A program made the position numbers and the translations under genes. The notes under the pieces were generated by a model. It searched no databases. It saw only the letters and a list, made by a program, of their open reading frames with translations, and was not told the origin of the DNA. Positions 37,566-49,887 of a stretch of DNA of 64,000 nt are shown piece by piece; the stretch's first letter is position 1, and each line of letters opens with the position of its first letter. The stretch covers positions 11,904,001 to 11,968,000 of the forward strand of contig NC_045138.2 of assembly GCF_008831285.2 (NCBI RefSeq). The letters are read 5' to 3'. The DNA is from Nymphaea colorata. Its lineage: Eukaryota.

Positions 37566-37692
37566 CCACCACTATACAATAAATTGTTAAACGCGCAGAG
37601 CCATTCTGCCTAGCACGGGGATTCTGGGTTCTTAGCTGCTTGGCCAACAACTTAGGCAAGAAAAAGAGAACAAAGATAACAGAACAAAAATG

Positions 37693-37695
<3 letters not shown>

Positions 37696-37727
<32 letters not shown>
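37696..37727. repeat. (GA)n microsatellite
   Basis: Uninterrupted GA run. Confidence 0.95.
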
Positions 37728-37732
<5 letters not shown>

Positions 37733-38440
37733 GAATAGAAAAAAATGAGAAATAAAAGAAGAAAAAACAAGAAAAGAAAATTCAGGATAAAATGACAGTG
37801 ATACTCATTCCTTTTTTAGGAGAGTGAACAAGCAATTGTCAACTTGATAAGTTATATAACATGTGCAAGAATGAAAATCTATATTTTCTAACGTGATCAA
37901 TAGCCACAATTCATCTTCTCTTGATGATACATGCCTCTCTCCAACGGTGGTTTTGACGTTCCTCCTCTGATTGCTGTCTAATAAAGTAACTGCTGGTTTT
38001 CCTTTGCTTGACATGTTTTCCTTTTCTTCTCTTATTTTAACAGTTTTAGTCGGAAAATTCGGAAATATGAGGCTGGTTTTTTTACTATAACCAAAAGGCG
38101 GACTCCCTCAACGTAGTTTATTGCGACCATGCGCCTCAAGGACATGACTTTTACGAGTTTGAATATTCTCTTACGATGGGGATAAATGGTTTAATGTCGA
38201 CACCCCTCTAACAATCTCAATTGTTACCCAATATAAGACACTGTTTTGCCAGGTTTCATAGAACGAATCTGCTTGAGACCTAATTATAACAAGCACAAAT
38301 GCAAATGGTAAGTAGCTAAGGATGCACAGCTCCAAGCACAGCAGATTAAAATTAACTGGGAACTTGGGCCCCTAATTTGGATAAATTTTCTCTGTATAAA
38401 CGTCCGATAACTAACAGAACTATTAACATCCAAATTAAGT

Positions 38441-38562
38441 GCATGCTTCCACTAGTGGTTTGAATCCTTCCAGAGTCTTCCAGCATGATCTTCAGCCATC
38501 TGCTTTTCCATTTAGTGCGAAGAACATGTGGAAAATGAAGGAAAGCAACCACTCAAGCATGC
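38441..38562 (+). ncRNA. Imperfect ~120 nt fold-back, candidate MIRNA-like precursor with partial miR167 resemblance
   Basis: Paired blocks GCATGCTT/AAGCATGC, AGTGGTT/AACCACT, TCCTTC/GAAGGA, TTCCA/TGGAA, CATG/CATG, TCTTC/GAAGA; TATAAA at 38395; CT-rich tract downstream. Confidence 0.35.
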
Positions 38563-39239
38563 TGTCATCTGGATCTAAGTGGGTGCTCTCTGTCACTCTC
38601 TCTCTCTCTTTTTATCTTTCTCTGTGCGTGTGTCCGTGTGTTTTCCGCAGAAGGCGATAAGGAGTGATGTATCTGCAAGTAGAGGGCAAAGGCTGAGTTT
38701 TAAGTGAGTACGGCCCTATTTTTACAACTTTTAGGTGGTAAAGGCTGACTCCGGCTTGGTGAAAAATTCTGCAGCAATGTCACCAGCAGCTTTCTTCAGT
38801 TCACTATAGTTATAGTGAGAGACAGCCCAAAAGGCCCGTTGCATGTATAATAGTGCCAGCCAAGTGGGAAGGCAGAGGTAAATGATAATCCGGCCCCCTC
38901 AGACAGTAAACAAGTTATACGCCTTTCTGCAGTAAATGATGAAGTACCATTTGTCTGGTTATTGCTCCCAACCCAGTTGGATGAATGTGGATAAGCTCGG
39001 GTCGTTGCACTCAGGACATCTGCTACCAAATTGAATCAAAAGGGTTACTAATGTATCAGAATATAAAAAAACGTCAAGTATAATAGTTATCTGATCTTGT
39101 CAGATAACTGCGCTCCTAAACTAAGTCATCTGAGTAGAGCTGGGGGTATGGATACAGCAGGGGTACAGGCTCGGTGGTATGGCTTAAGATCGTTACAATA
39201 AAAAGATCATCATGGTCGAAAATGCTAATGTTAATATAT

Positions 39240-39645
39240 CCTATTTAGATTGCATATTTACTGAACTGTTCTTAGAAGTCAGATATGAAAAAAACAAATT
39301 AATATCTGAATAAAAAATTGGATCAGATCCTTAAATGAAATGACATCTGATTAACTTCGGATTTGGATCTGCATAAATATCCTATCAGATTCGGATTCAT
39401 ATCAAATTGGCTTTAAATAAATATCTTGTATTCAATGATCTTGTATTTTGAAAATTGGCCAAATCCAAATCAAAATTTGGATTCCGATTCAGATATGAAT
39501 GTAAAAATTGGATTTGGATTGTGAAATCAGATTGAGGATTCGCATTGAGATGTGAATTTTCTTTCTTTATATTCAAACCCAAATATATGGATATCCGAAT
39601 AAGTAAATATAGTTAAAGGTATATCAAATTCAATGATCACTAGTT
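39240..39645. mobile_element. Degenerate non-autonomous DNA transposon (hAT-MITE-like) with GGATTCGGAT/ATCCGAAT repeats
   Basis: Clustered GGATT(T/C)GGAT and ATCC(G/A)AAT motifs in both orientations; termini and TSD not resolved. Confidence 0.4.
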
Positions 39646-40065
39646 TAAAATTTAGATTAAAATGATGCTCACTCAAACTGAATAAAAGAACGTATTCAAT
39701 TGGTCCCCCGTACTCATGTCTAAGAGTAAGCTGACGTATCATCATATGCCAACTATACTCACCTACCCATGTCTTGGAGGTGCAGATGCAAGTACTATGA
39801 GCGTCCAGGTTATTAATTAGCAAAGAAGCTAGTTTGTAAAGTGATACCTCTTTCTCTCTTAATCTCGAAGTGGAGGAAACTACTGGGAAGCTGGAACATG
39901 GATGCAAATCAGGCGATACCATCAATCATCATTAATGGTGATTTTGATTAATTGCCTTGCATCCATCATATAGGATAGAGGGTCGAAGGCTGTACCTTCT
40001 ACAGTTGCCCATACAAATGTTGTGATTTCATTGGTACATGTTGGATGGACTCCAGTTTTTAAAAT

Positions 40066-43000
40066 TTATGGAACAGTGCAATTCCCTGTCACAAACATTT
40101 GAAAAAGGAAATGTAATGAAAGAAGTTTGAAAATTTTCATGAAAATTTCGGTTAACACCATCATGATAGAAAGGTCTACCTTTAAAGCCACCAATTGGAA
40201 TTGGATATTATTAAGAACTTGGATAATTTCATGAGAAAATGTTGTCCTAAATGTGCCTACCTCTAATGAAGGCACATCGTTCGAGAAGATAATTTGAGAT
40301 AAGATTGCCCTCACTATGCCAGCTAGAATATGAGAGATAATGTATGAAGAATTAGAAAGCATAATCAGGTGAAACTCATATGGCCTCAAGGCATCTTCTT
40401 TTTCTGCAATCAAGGCGATGAGTGATTTGTTGATCTTTCTTATCAATCTCCCAGTTTGAAAGAAAACTATGATAGCAAGGAAAACATCCTTTCCCACTAT
40501 ATTCCAAAACTGCTTGTAGAAATCTACAAAAAAAAAAAAAAAACCCTGGACCAGAAGAGCTACATTTACTATAGAGAAAACAACTTTCCTAATCTCCTCT
40601 TCGCTGACAGAAGAGAGAAGAGTTTCATTTTCTTCATCATTTACTAACTTGCCTTTAGTTAATTCATCCATTAATACCCCCAAAGAATTGTCTTCAGACT
40701 GGAGGGAGGAAAAATAAGATTCACAAATACCTCTAATAACTAAGGGGCCTTCCATCTGAGTGATTCGATTGGTGTGTCCTCTATTTCTGACCAATTCATG
40801 AAAAAATTTGGTACGGCCTCCCTCTTTCATCCATTTAGCCATAGTTTTTTGCTTCCAAAGGAGCCCCTCTTCCAATGAGCCTAGCATTTCCTTTTTTATG
40901 GTAATTTCATGTTCAGATAAGGCATCATCATCATGAACTTTCACCACCTGTAATTCCAATTTTTTGGTGAGATTCTTGACCTTTTCAGACACATTCCCAC
41001 CATGACGTTTGTTCCATTTAGAAAAACCAACTCTCACTGTCTAATTTGGCAGTCACCTTGATCATTCAACAGCCTTGGACTGATATGTTACACTTCACTG
41101 TAACAATCTAATGGCAGCTGTCCCTCCCCCACCTCCACCCAAAAAAATAAACATTTGAGTAACTTCTTACCAAATAGACAGTTCAAGGGATAACACAAAC
41201 AAAATATAAGACTATGATTAGAAATGAACCACAGGTGGATTTGAAGTATAGTTGTACCTTCAAAACAGTTCAGCCATTGACTGTTCACCAGACACCAATC
41301 AAGTCTACAAAGGATCTTCTTTGGACAAAACCTGTTCACGGACCAGGTATACTGACACATATCTTCCAATATTGTTAAATTGCAATCATGCAATAAAGAA
41401 GAGAAGGCGACACAAAAGCTTTAGTTAGGAGAGCGACCTGTCTTGTCCCCTGCATTCCTCAATGCATTGTAGTCTCCAATGATAATACAAGGGAAGTTCC
41501 ATTGAGCGATGACAATATGATGTACTTCGATGAATTAGCCATCCCTAATCAATAGATGCAGATTCATATAGCACCGATAACTATAAATTTAAGTCCATTT
41601 TCTTTCCTTTCTAGGCCACAGATAGAAACCAACATCTCATGGGGAGAGGATGCCAAGCCCTAATGATGCGAACACCAGACATACAACAACAGCCATTTAA
41701 GAACCAAGCCATTTGGTGATATTGATTGGTGTCTGGTAAACAATCCGTAAACATGTTTTATTCAAAGAAGATCTTTTGTAGATTTGATTGGTGTCAGGTG
41801 AACAGTCAATGGTTGAATTGTTTTGAAGGTAGAACCCTAAGTCACCATACTCTTCTATTTTACTGCCGCACCCGAGTTGCATCGAGTCGGGTGCGCACCG
41901 GACATGGGTGTGGCTCCGACTTACACCCGAGCCCAGTTAGAATGTCATATTACTAAATTACTTTTGTAACATATGTTGTTCTGATAGTTTCCTATACAAT
42001 ACAATTATTCAAGTATGTTATATGCATTAATAACTAAATTGTAATAATAATATATGCATGCTTATTCTGTTATATATATAATAAATTAAAAAAAATAATA
42101 ATAATAAAATACCCTCACCGCACCGCCGCACCTAAATTTTTTGAGATATACCGCTCCGGCACCCCGCACTCTGGTGACATAGGTAGAACCAAACTTCAAA
42201 TCCACCTATGGTTTGTTTCTGATCACAGTCTTTTATTTGTGTTAGTGTTCCCTTGAACGGTCTACTTAGTAAGAAGTTACTCATATATTTACTTTTTTTT
42301 TTTATGAGGGAGAAGGAAGCTGCCAATAGATTGTTAGAGAGAAGTTCAGCCACTGACTGTTTATCAAACACCAATCAATTCTACAAAGGATCTTCTTTGA
42401 ACAAAACTTGTTAATGGACTGTGGCTACAAAGGATCTTCTTTGCACAAAACCTGTTAACAAAACCAAGAAAGACCACATCAGGATTCTCATTGTGTAGCA
42501 TAGTCATGAGAGTATACCTGGCAGTGCTTCGAACCAGGCCTATCACATTCCATGTTGTAATCTTTATGTGAAGAATGCAAGGGAGTAGGTGACATATGGC
42601 TCACCTCTCAAGCAAAGTCCTTCACCTGCAAGGAATCTGAAGTAGAACTATAGTCTCCGCCCCCAGAACTTGCGCTGCTGACCTCCTTGCACACCTCATT
42701 TCCCTAACTGAGTCTTCTTGATGGGTAGATGCTAAAGAGTTTTGAATATCTACTAAGGTCTTGCACTCAAATAAAGATGTACAGGTCTTTAAACTGCAGC
42801 CTCTTGTTTCTACCATGTTTATGCTTTGGGGAAGCTGAAGAGGAATTATCACCATTCCCCTTTGACTTTGACAACTACTCCTTTGTAGTGGCAAAGGTAT
42901 AACCATCAAGCAAATTCACCTTCACTAAGGGAAAAGGGAAAATCGAGGGAAGGTCTGCTGAACCAAATGGATTCAGTCAAGGCTTTCTAGGAGTGTCAAA

Positions 43001-44150
43001 ATGGAAGAGATGCAAGAGAGCCCATCTTTATCGAGTCCACTTGACCATAGAAGGATTTAACCAATGGCTGTCCTAAGTAGAAATCGCCATATTCGCTAGA
43101 GGATTTAGCAAGTGGATGTTGGACCCGACTGACCCCAGCTTCTCTAACTCTAGCATCCTCTTTTGGGCTATCTTCATGATCTTCTTTGCCAGAGAGGGCA
43201 TTGTCTCATTCTCATGTGTGGAATGAGATACTACTTTCTCTTCAACAATAGAAGTCGGCAGGCCAACAAACTATTGTTATAGTGATCTGTTCGGGACTTT
43301 AGTAAGGGCTAGTCACCTTTGGGTCTTCTTCTCTTTGGTTGAACCTCTATCCATGGGGCTGGATCAATTTCATTTTGTACACTTAAAGCAGCAACTCTAG
43401 AATATGAGAGCTATACTTACTTATGTCGTAGAATCTTATTCTGCCCTCATAATGGATGGCTTGAATAATGGTCATACCCTCTGCAATCACTAGCTCCACT
43501 TCACACACCGATTGAAAATGCAAGGGTACTTCCATGCAAATACATGCATAACTAGACACTAAATGGGGATAGTGAAAACATCAATCGCCACTAAAGTGCC
43601 ATTGGGGGAGTTTGCAAATGCCCTAAAAATTTGCTCATTTTAGAGAATAGGCATGAATATAGGGAGCTGAACCCAAATGGAGATGCAAAAGACATTCTCA
43701 ATAGTCATGTCTAGGGATGGAGACCATATGTTTACCACAAAATGTTTACCTAAAATCCTCTAGGATCATCACATTCCACACATCCTCAGGTTAGGAAAAA
43801 TGGATTTAAGAAACTACCAGACCCAGAGCCATAAACAAAGGAGATAGACTTCTATGCCTTCTTGAGCGTCTCTACTGCAAACTTGATATCTACACTTACC
43901 CGCTTGATACCATAAAAGAAACACCCAATGACCGACTAGTGGAATGGCTGGTTCAAGTGTTCAAAGGTTGTCTTGGGGATGACGATACATGGACAGCCTC
44001 CCGAGTGAACTACTTCTAGGTTTTGGACATCTTGAATTTAGGATTTCCTTGAACCATCAACCACGGCTACCCAGGAGGCTGCAAATGAATGCCTTTAGCT
44101 ATTTCAAAATCCATTACCAAACACACCCCCTACTCAATGATCGACAACCT
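40066..44150 (-). mobile_element. Degenerate L1-type LINE (ORF1 + endonuclease + start of RT), 3' truncated
   Basis: ORF1 remnant 43300-44100 (WVQLP motif, Cys-rich end); ORF2 start KITTWNV at ~42565; CRLDWCLVNSQW..SNH; WKQK..KWMKEG..TKFFH; DFYKQFWNIVG; ALKVDL near 40170. Confidence 0.88.
41837..42182. mobile_element. hAT-family MITE (346 bp)
   Basis: TIRs CTAAGTCACCA / TGGTGACATAG (10/11); perfect 8 bp TSD GTAGAACC (41829-41836, 42183-42190); CGCACC subterminal motifs. Confidence 0.92.
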
Positions 44151-44389
44151 AGGGGCTAATGCTCACCTTGAAGGGCCGTTGATGGCTATTTTCTCATCTG
44201 TCACAGTTGAAACCCTTGCTCGAACCTTTCTCTCTCTGCTTTCCTACATGTAATCACCTCAAATTTTTTCAAAAAGAATGTCTTCTTTTATTAAAAATAA
44301 AAACCCAATTTTTGGATCTAAATTGGTTCAAAGCCACAATCCAAATCCAAATTAGATTCAAAAACCCAAATTCAAATCCAAATCAAGCA

Positions 44390-44812
44390 TTTGAGACCCA
44401 TTTGCCCTTCTTTTTGATAAAAAAACCTCCTTTTAGAGGGTGATTTTGGTCTTTTTGGTAGACAAGACCTATTTGTCCCTCCTTTTTGACAAAGAACCTC
44501 CTTTTAGAGGGTGATTTTGATCTTTTTGGTGAACAAGACCCATTTGCCCCTCTTTTTTGACAAAGAACCTCCTTTTAGAGGATGATTTTGATCTTTTTGG
44601 TGAACAAGACCCATTTGCCCCTCCTTTTTGATAAAGAACCTCCTTTTAGAGGACGATTTTGGTCTGTTTGGTAAACAAGACTCATTTGCCTTTTCTTTTT
44701 GACAAAGAACCTCATTTTGGAGGGTGATTTTGGTTTTTTTTTTGTAAACAAGACTCATTTACCCTTTCTTTTAACAAAAAAGCATTCTTTTAGAGGGCGA
44801 TTTTAGTCTTTT
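44390..44812 (+). repeat. Tandem repeat, ~71 bp unit, ~6 copies, upstream of the LTR TATA box
   Basis: AAGAC(C/T)CATTTGCCC..AAAGAACCTCCTTTTAGAGGGTGATTTTGGTC recurs at ~44394, 44464, 44535, 44606, 44677, 44750. Confidence 0.92.
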
Positions 44813-45109
44813 ACAAAAAAAATTTAAATTTTAGGTTTTGGCTCCAAAATCCTCTATAAATACCTCCCACTTCCCCCCTGTTGGGCAAGATTGGCCCTTG
44901 GGAGAAACTCTAGTGTATTTTCACTTGAACACTTAGAGTTTCTCTTGAGCTTCCTCTTCAACTTGGAGCAACCTACAACCCTCTTGGAGGCATTATCTTG
45001 GAGCTTCACTCAATGGGATTTTCAAGCTAAGGTGTTCATTTTCTCTAAGCTTTTCTAATTTATATGTATGTAATCTAAACCGTAGTCCATTCTTTATTTT
45101 CTTCCCTCT

Positions 45110-45725
45110 CATTTTCATCTCCCCATGGCCAAAGGAGATAGTTCTCTCTTTCCCTATTTTAGAGTCAAAAGGCTATGCTCGAGTGCACCGGGAGCATAAG
45201 AAGATGAGATGATCTTTCATTTCAAGCTTAAATCATGCTTTCTATTTTATTAAATATGACATTGTCTTTCATTTTTCATGTTCTTCTCATCTTCATCTCC
45301 TGGCCAAAGGAGATAGCACTCAATCTCTATTTTAGAGACAAGTGGCTATGCTCGAGTGCACCGAGAGCATGGAAAGATGAGATGATCTTTCATTTCAAGC
45401 TTAAATCATGCTTTTTATTTTATTAAATATAATATTTTCATTTTTCATGTTCTTTTCATCTTCATCTCCTCATGGTCAAAGGAGACAACACTCAATCTCT
45501 ATTTTAGAGACAGGAAGCTATGCTCAAGTGCACCGGGAGCATGGAAAGATGAGATGATCTTTCATTTCATGTTTAAATCATATTTTCTATTAAATATGAT
45601 ATTGTCTTTATTTTCTTCTCATCTTCAACTCCCCATGGCCAAAGGAGATAGCACTCAATCTCTTCTTAGAGACAAGAGGCTATGCTCAAGTGCATCGGGA
45701 GCATGGAAAGATGAGATGATCCTTC
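45110..45725 (+). repeat. Tandem repeat, ~162-176 bp unit, ~3.6 copies, downstream of the LTR TATA box
   Basis: TGGCCAAAGGAGATAG..GCTATGCTC(G/A)AGTGCACCGGGAGCAT..GATGAGATGATC recurs at ~45125, 45301, 45473, 45636. Confidence 0.92.
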
Positions 45726-45773
45726 TTTTCATAATTATATTATGCCCTCCTAGTTGAATCTTTCTCTTCCTAT

Positions 45774-45777
<4 letters not shown>

Positions 45778-45815
<38 letters not shown>
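45778..45815. repeat. (TC)n microsatellite
   Basis: Uninterrupted TC run. Confidence 0.95.
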
Positions 45816-45818
<3 letters not shown>

Positions 45819-48511
45819 TCCTTGAATATTGTTCATGTATCACTCATGCATAATTTTTTAGTTTTCCGTTTATATGTGAATGTATGATGAGAATGAGAGT
45901 GTGGCTTGGGGTTCTTCATTTTATCTTATTATTAATTTTTGAGGTTGGGAATTGTCCAACCCGGAGAAACCTTCACGAATATGTACATGTTAAAAATATA
46001 TTCTCATGTCATTGCGTATAAGTTTCCTTCATAATTACCCCATTATGAATCGTAATGAGTGTCTCGTTATATTGCTTGTTTTCTTCCATACCTAATGGTG
46101 GAAGAAATATATCCCTTGTAATAACTAAGTAATAACATTCTATAAATCATAGTTTCCAAAACATTTTCAAAACTAACATCCTAATATGGCCTTAGGGACT
46201 TAGCTTAGACTCTTGCATGAGTACAAGCTCCCTTCCGGCCCACATTGAACTTGAAGTTAGTAATCTTAAGTTATTCCTTGATTTCTAATATTGTGAAAGC
46301 ACATATATATATATATATATATATACATATTATATACATCCATGCACACATGATGATCCCCTCATCTTTCTCTCTTTATGCTTTCACTTTTCATTTTACA
46401 AATTTTCATATATGCATGAATGTGTATGCATATGTGATCTATTTCCTTTCTTTCGAATATTTCATTCCTCTTTTCAAGACAAATATCTCCACTTATGAAA
46501 TTTCTTATACATACCCATATATACGTATGTATATTTTTTTTTCAATTAAAACCTCTCTTTTTCTCTTCAAATTAATAAATCTTTTTCTCTTAAGTTTTCA
46601 TATATGTGTATATATGATGATATGTACACATATATGCATGTCTTTCTCTATCTCTCTCTCTTTCTTTTCATAAGAGTGTTTTATCTCTTGTATTCTTTTA
46701 ACATTTTCCTCTCACGAACTTTCTATTTACCAACTTCATTAAGACCACAAACCAAATAATGACCTAATATTGGAATCATGCTTGATGGTCTATAATCTCT
46801 ATCCCTTTTAAAAAACTTTTCCTTCTTATATACAATAATTATAACAACAAAATCTTAGATGTATGTTGTGGTAGAAATGACTTTAGATGAATGTTGTGGT
46901 AGGAATGTTTTACATTCTTCCAATCATATAGAATAAATGCATCCATGCATTCTTACCCACTTTATTTCACTTATGATCACAAGCACATCTCCAAAAGAGC
47001 TTAAGCAAGATGAGATATAGCTATAACTAGGTGGTAACCGAATTAAAGCAAAATCTCAAACCTACTTAAAGTCTTAAGAGAACACTAAAGTGATTTCAAA
47101 AGCTTTTCAAATGATATTTACTAATCCCACTTTTTCCTCAAAAAATTTCACATTTTCAAGCAACTCTTCAATAGTCTTTTCAAAATTTTGAAACATCAAA
47201 CTTTCAATATTTTGTACACCGCATATAGAATCAAAAGGATGTTTAAGTTAAAATGAAATGCATCAATGATGAACATAGCCCTTGGATTGATAACCTCCAG
47301 TAAAGGCACCAGGAATGGTTGACCCTCGTACCGACGGGCGAGTCCCTTTCTCTTTTATTTTCAAATAAAAATCTCATTTTTCTGGAACACTCTAAATACC
47401 AAAAATTTTGGGGATGCGAACACTACACAATCTCCTCTAGTACCAATGTCGTTCACTTGGCTTGCATTTGCTATCATTTTGAAGAACGATGGCTTAGGTT
47501 ACCATCGTCACTACCATGCAAAAATTAAAGAAATAGGTGAAGCTTATGGACAAATACTAACAATTGAGCTCCCATCCTCCCAAAGGCATTTTTCGATTTT
47601 GCGAGCCCTAAAATTGATGAATCTTGCAGGATCGCCATCCACAAAAATTATAACACTCTTTTATTCACCAACTTTTGGATCTATAATCTTTAAGAACAAG
47701 GTATTCATTTGTTATGATGTTAAAATCTCTTTTAGCTTACTGCTCAAATAAATTGGTATTCATGGGAATGATTTCATCCTTATATTTACTCAAAGCTGTT
47801 GCTTCAGCTGATTGTCTATGAGATTCAACCTACAAACAATAACACATGAAAATAATAGCCTTAATATAACTGAATACCAAAACCAAGGCAGAAAACATGT
47901 GAGGAACAAAAATATGAAATGGTAGTGCCAGCTTACCTTGACATGTGAAGCCATTGATCCAATATTTAAGCTGCATGTACAAGTAAGAGATGCACAACTT
48001 TTGTGTGCTTATCATATGTATTGAATAACTGGATATAAACTACCCATAATATAATAATTTGCATCAATTCAACATCCAAAACCCAATTAACTCAACATTA
48101 GACTTGAATGTCATCTAACAAACCAATAAATTAGTATACTATGCCAAGCAATGAATAATAAAAACATTTTGAATAATCCAAATCGGATATAAAGTCCAAA
48201 ATGAACAAAAACATGTGTTCCTCCAGTAAGTTGTATGCTTCTACTATCAATCATGAGATATATCTTTAAACCCACACATAAAATGTAAAAAATGTTAATC
48301 TAACTACATTATTTCACTAAAGTTCTTTTATGGAATACTATTAAGAAGCTGAACACAATAACTACATGAAACTGTGCTTGTTGAAAGTGAGTCATCAAAC
48401 CAAAGAAGGTTGTAATGCAATTGTCTAATTCAATCAACTTTGCAAGTTGTTCCTTTAGTTGTGGGATTCAACAACTTGTAAGCTAACTACTTGGGCTTTC
48501 AATGAATCTAC

Positions 48512-49887
48512 CTCTTTTAGCAATGCAGTATTTTGTACAAGGAGCTCACTGCGGCTAGGTTCTTCCTACATGGTAGAAGCTTTGACACTAACACCAATGG
48601 TTTGAAGGTGTCCATGCTTGTCAACATATATAGCTTGAGAAGAGGTGTTGCTCTGTGATACTTGGTCCACTTATCCTTTTGGTAGCTCAGCCAAAACATA
48701 CAGTTTATTTTGTCCTACAAAAATAATATGATTTATGAATTAACTAAAAATGTAGTGCCATTTAATCACTAATAGATACATTCATTGTTGATGTCTCCAA
48801 AATGTGGTATCACACACTCCTACTACTCGTCTGAGTCTAGCTTCATGTCAAGAGCAAAGCCGTATGCTTTGCAAGTGCTTATGAAAAGTATGAGCCAATT
48901 TAGACAAAGTTCATCGGAAGCATTTTTTAGGATTTCCTAAATCGGTGACCTTAGTATCAAGGACCATTCAAAAACAATGAAAATTGCAAATTGATGTTCA
49001 TGAAAAGTGAATAAGAAGACTTTGTTCTAACATAACATGAACTTCAAGAGAAGATTGAATGGAGTGCTTTTTGAAAATCTGATGAGCTAATTCCAACTAT
49101 CAGATTGCAATGACTTTGCAATGCCAGTTGCTTGACAATAAAGCATTGTATTTACAAACTAAGAACACTACACAAATGCATAATATATGTGAGAAGGTTT
49201 ACCTTTTCATGACATATGTAGGTGAAGCTCTTCATGCCTGTAGTATGCAAGTATTTGAGTTGTGCATGATTTTCGATTTTTTTTTGTATTAATATCCTAG
49301 ATAAGATGGTAAATTGAAAAAACGTGGAAAAGAGTGAAACAAAGTAAAGTTGAATTCACAATGATATTGAATACTTACCCATCATTTTTCATGGTCAAAG
49401 TACTCCAATGGAGACTCTGAATCCCAAATAGCAACATCATCAGGTTTATGCTTCATGTGCTTCGTCAATGTATCATATTTTTTGTATATTCTTTCATTTA
49501 ATAGTCACAATGTATAATTTATTGTGCATTTTGTTTCGTTACACAAGGAATCAGTTTGTCATCAACTTCACAAAATTCTGGAGACTACAACACACATCAT
49601 AAATATGATATGCATCTAATTGTTAATTTTTACACACACATTTATGTATATTGTACAAATTTAACTTAAAAAGCAGAAGGTCTTTAAATAAAAAGTAACT
49701 TACTAGGTTTTTGATGGGTCTCAAGCGATTGTGCTAATATAGGAGCTCGGTTATTGAGCTTCTTCCCTAATGGCTTGTCTATACTTGTTTGTCCTAACAC
49801 TCATCTTATTGTCTGCAGGCAGGTTAGTGGTGGCTAATCTATGATTGCAATGTATCTGTCTTTGTGGTTCAGAAGATGGAGGTGCAC
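48512..49887 (-). pseudogene. CACTA TnpA-like (Transposase_24/Ptta family) multi-exon pseudogene
   Basis: GT-AG bounded exon remnants (49704-49887, ~49379-49584, ~49203-49296, 48512-48714) translating to NKYRQAIREEAQ*PSSYISTIA*DP, YKKYDT..KPDDV, ENHAQLKYLHTTGMKSF and DKHGHLQTIGVSV, in the motif order of plant En/Spm TnpA-like proteins. Confidence 0.72.

Larger units (their letters stand above)
44249..47422 (+). mobile_element. Solo LTR, 3174 bp, Ty3/gypsy Ogre/Tat-like
   Basis: TG..CA termini with imperfect inverted ends (TGTAATCACCTCAAATTTTT / AAAAATTTTGGGGATGCGAACA); perfect TSD CTACA on both sides; TATAAATA at ~44855; no coding domains. Lineage is inferred from size and termini. Confidence 0.9.

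Noticed and set aside
40605..40617. 13 nt identity to the 5' part of miR156 (TGACAGAAGAGAG)
   Set aside because: Lies in LINE coding sequence, has no hairpin, and the 3' part does not match; low-complexity coincidence.
46245..46673. 142 aa hydrophobic ORF
   Set aside because: Low-complexity AT/TC-rich LTR sequence spanning an (AT)n run.
47421..47430. CACTACACAA resembling a CACTA left TIR
   Set aside because: Fully explained by the solo LTR terminal CA plus the TSD CTACA.
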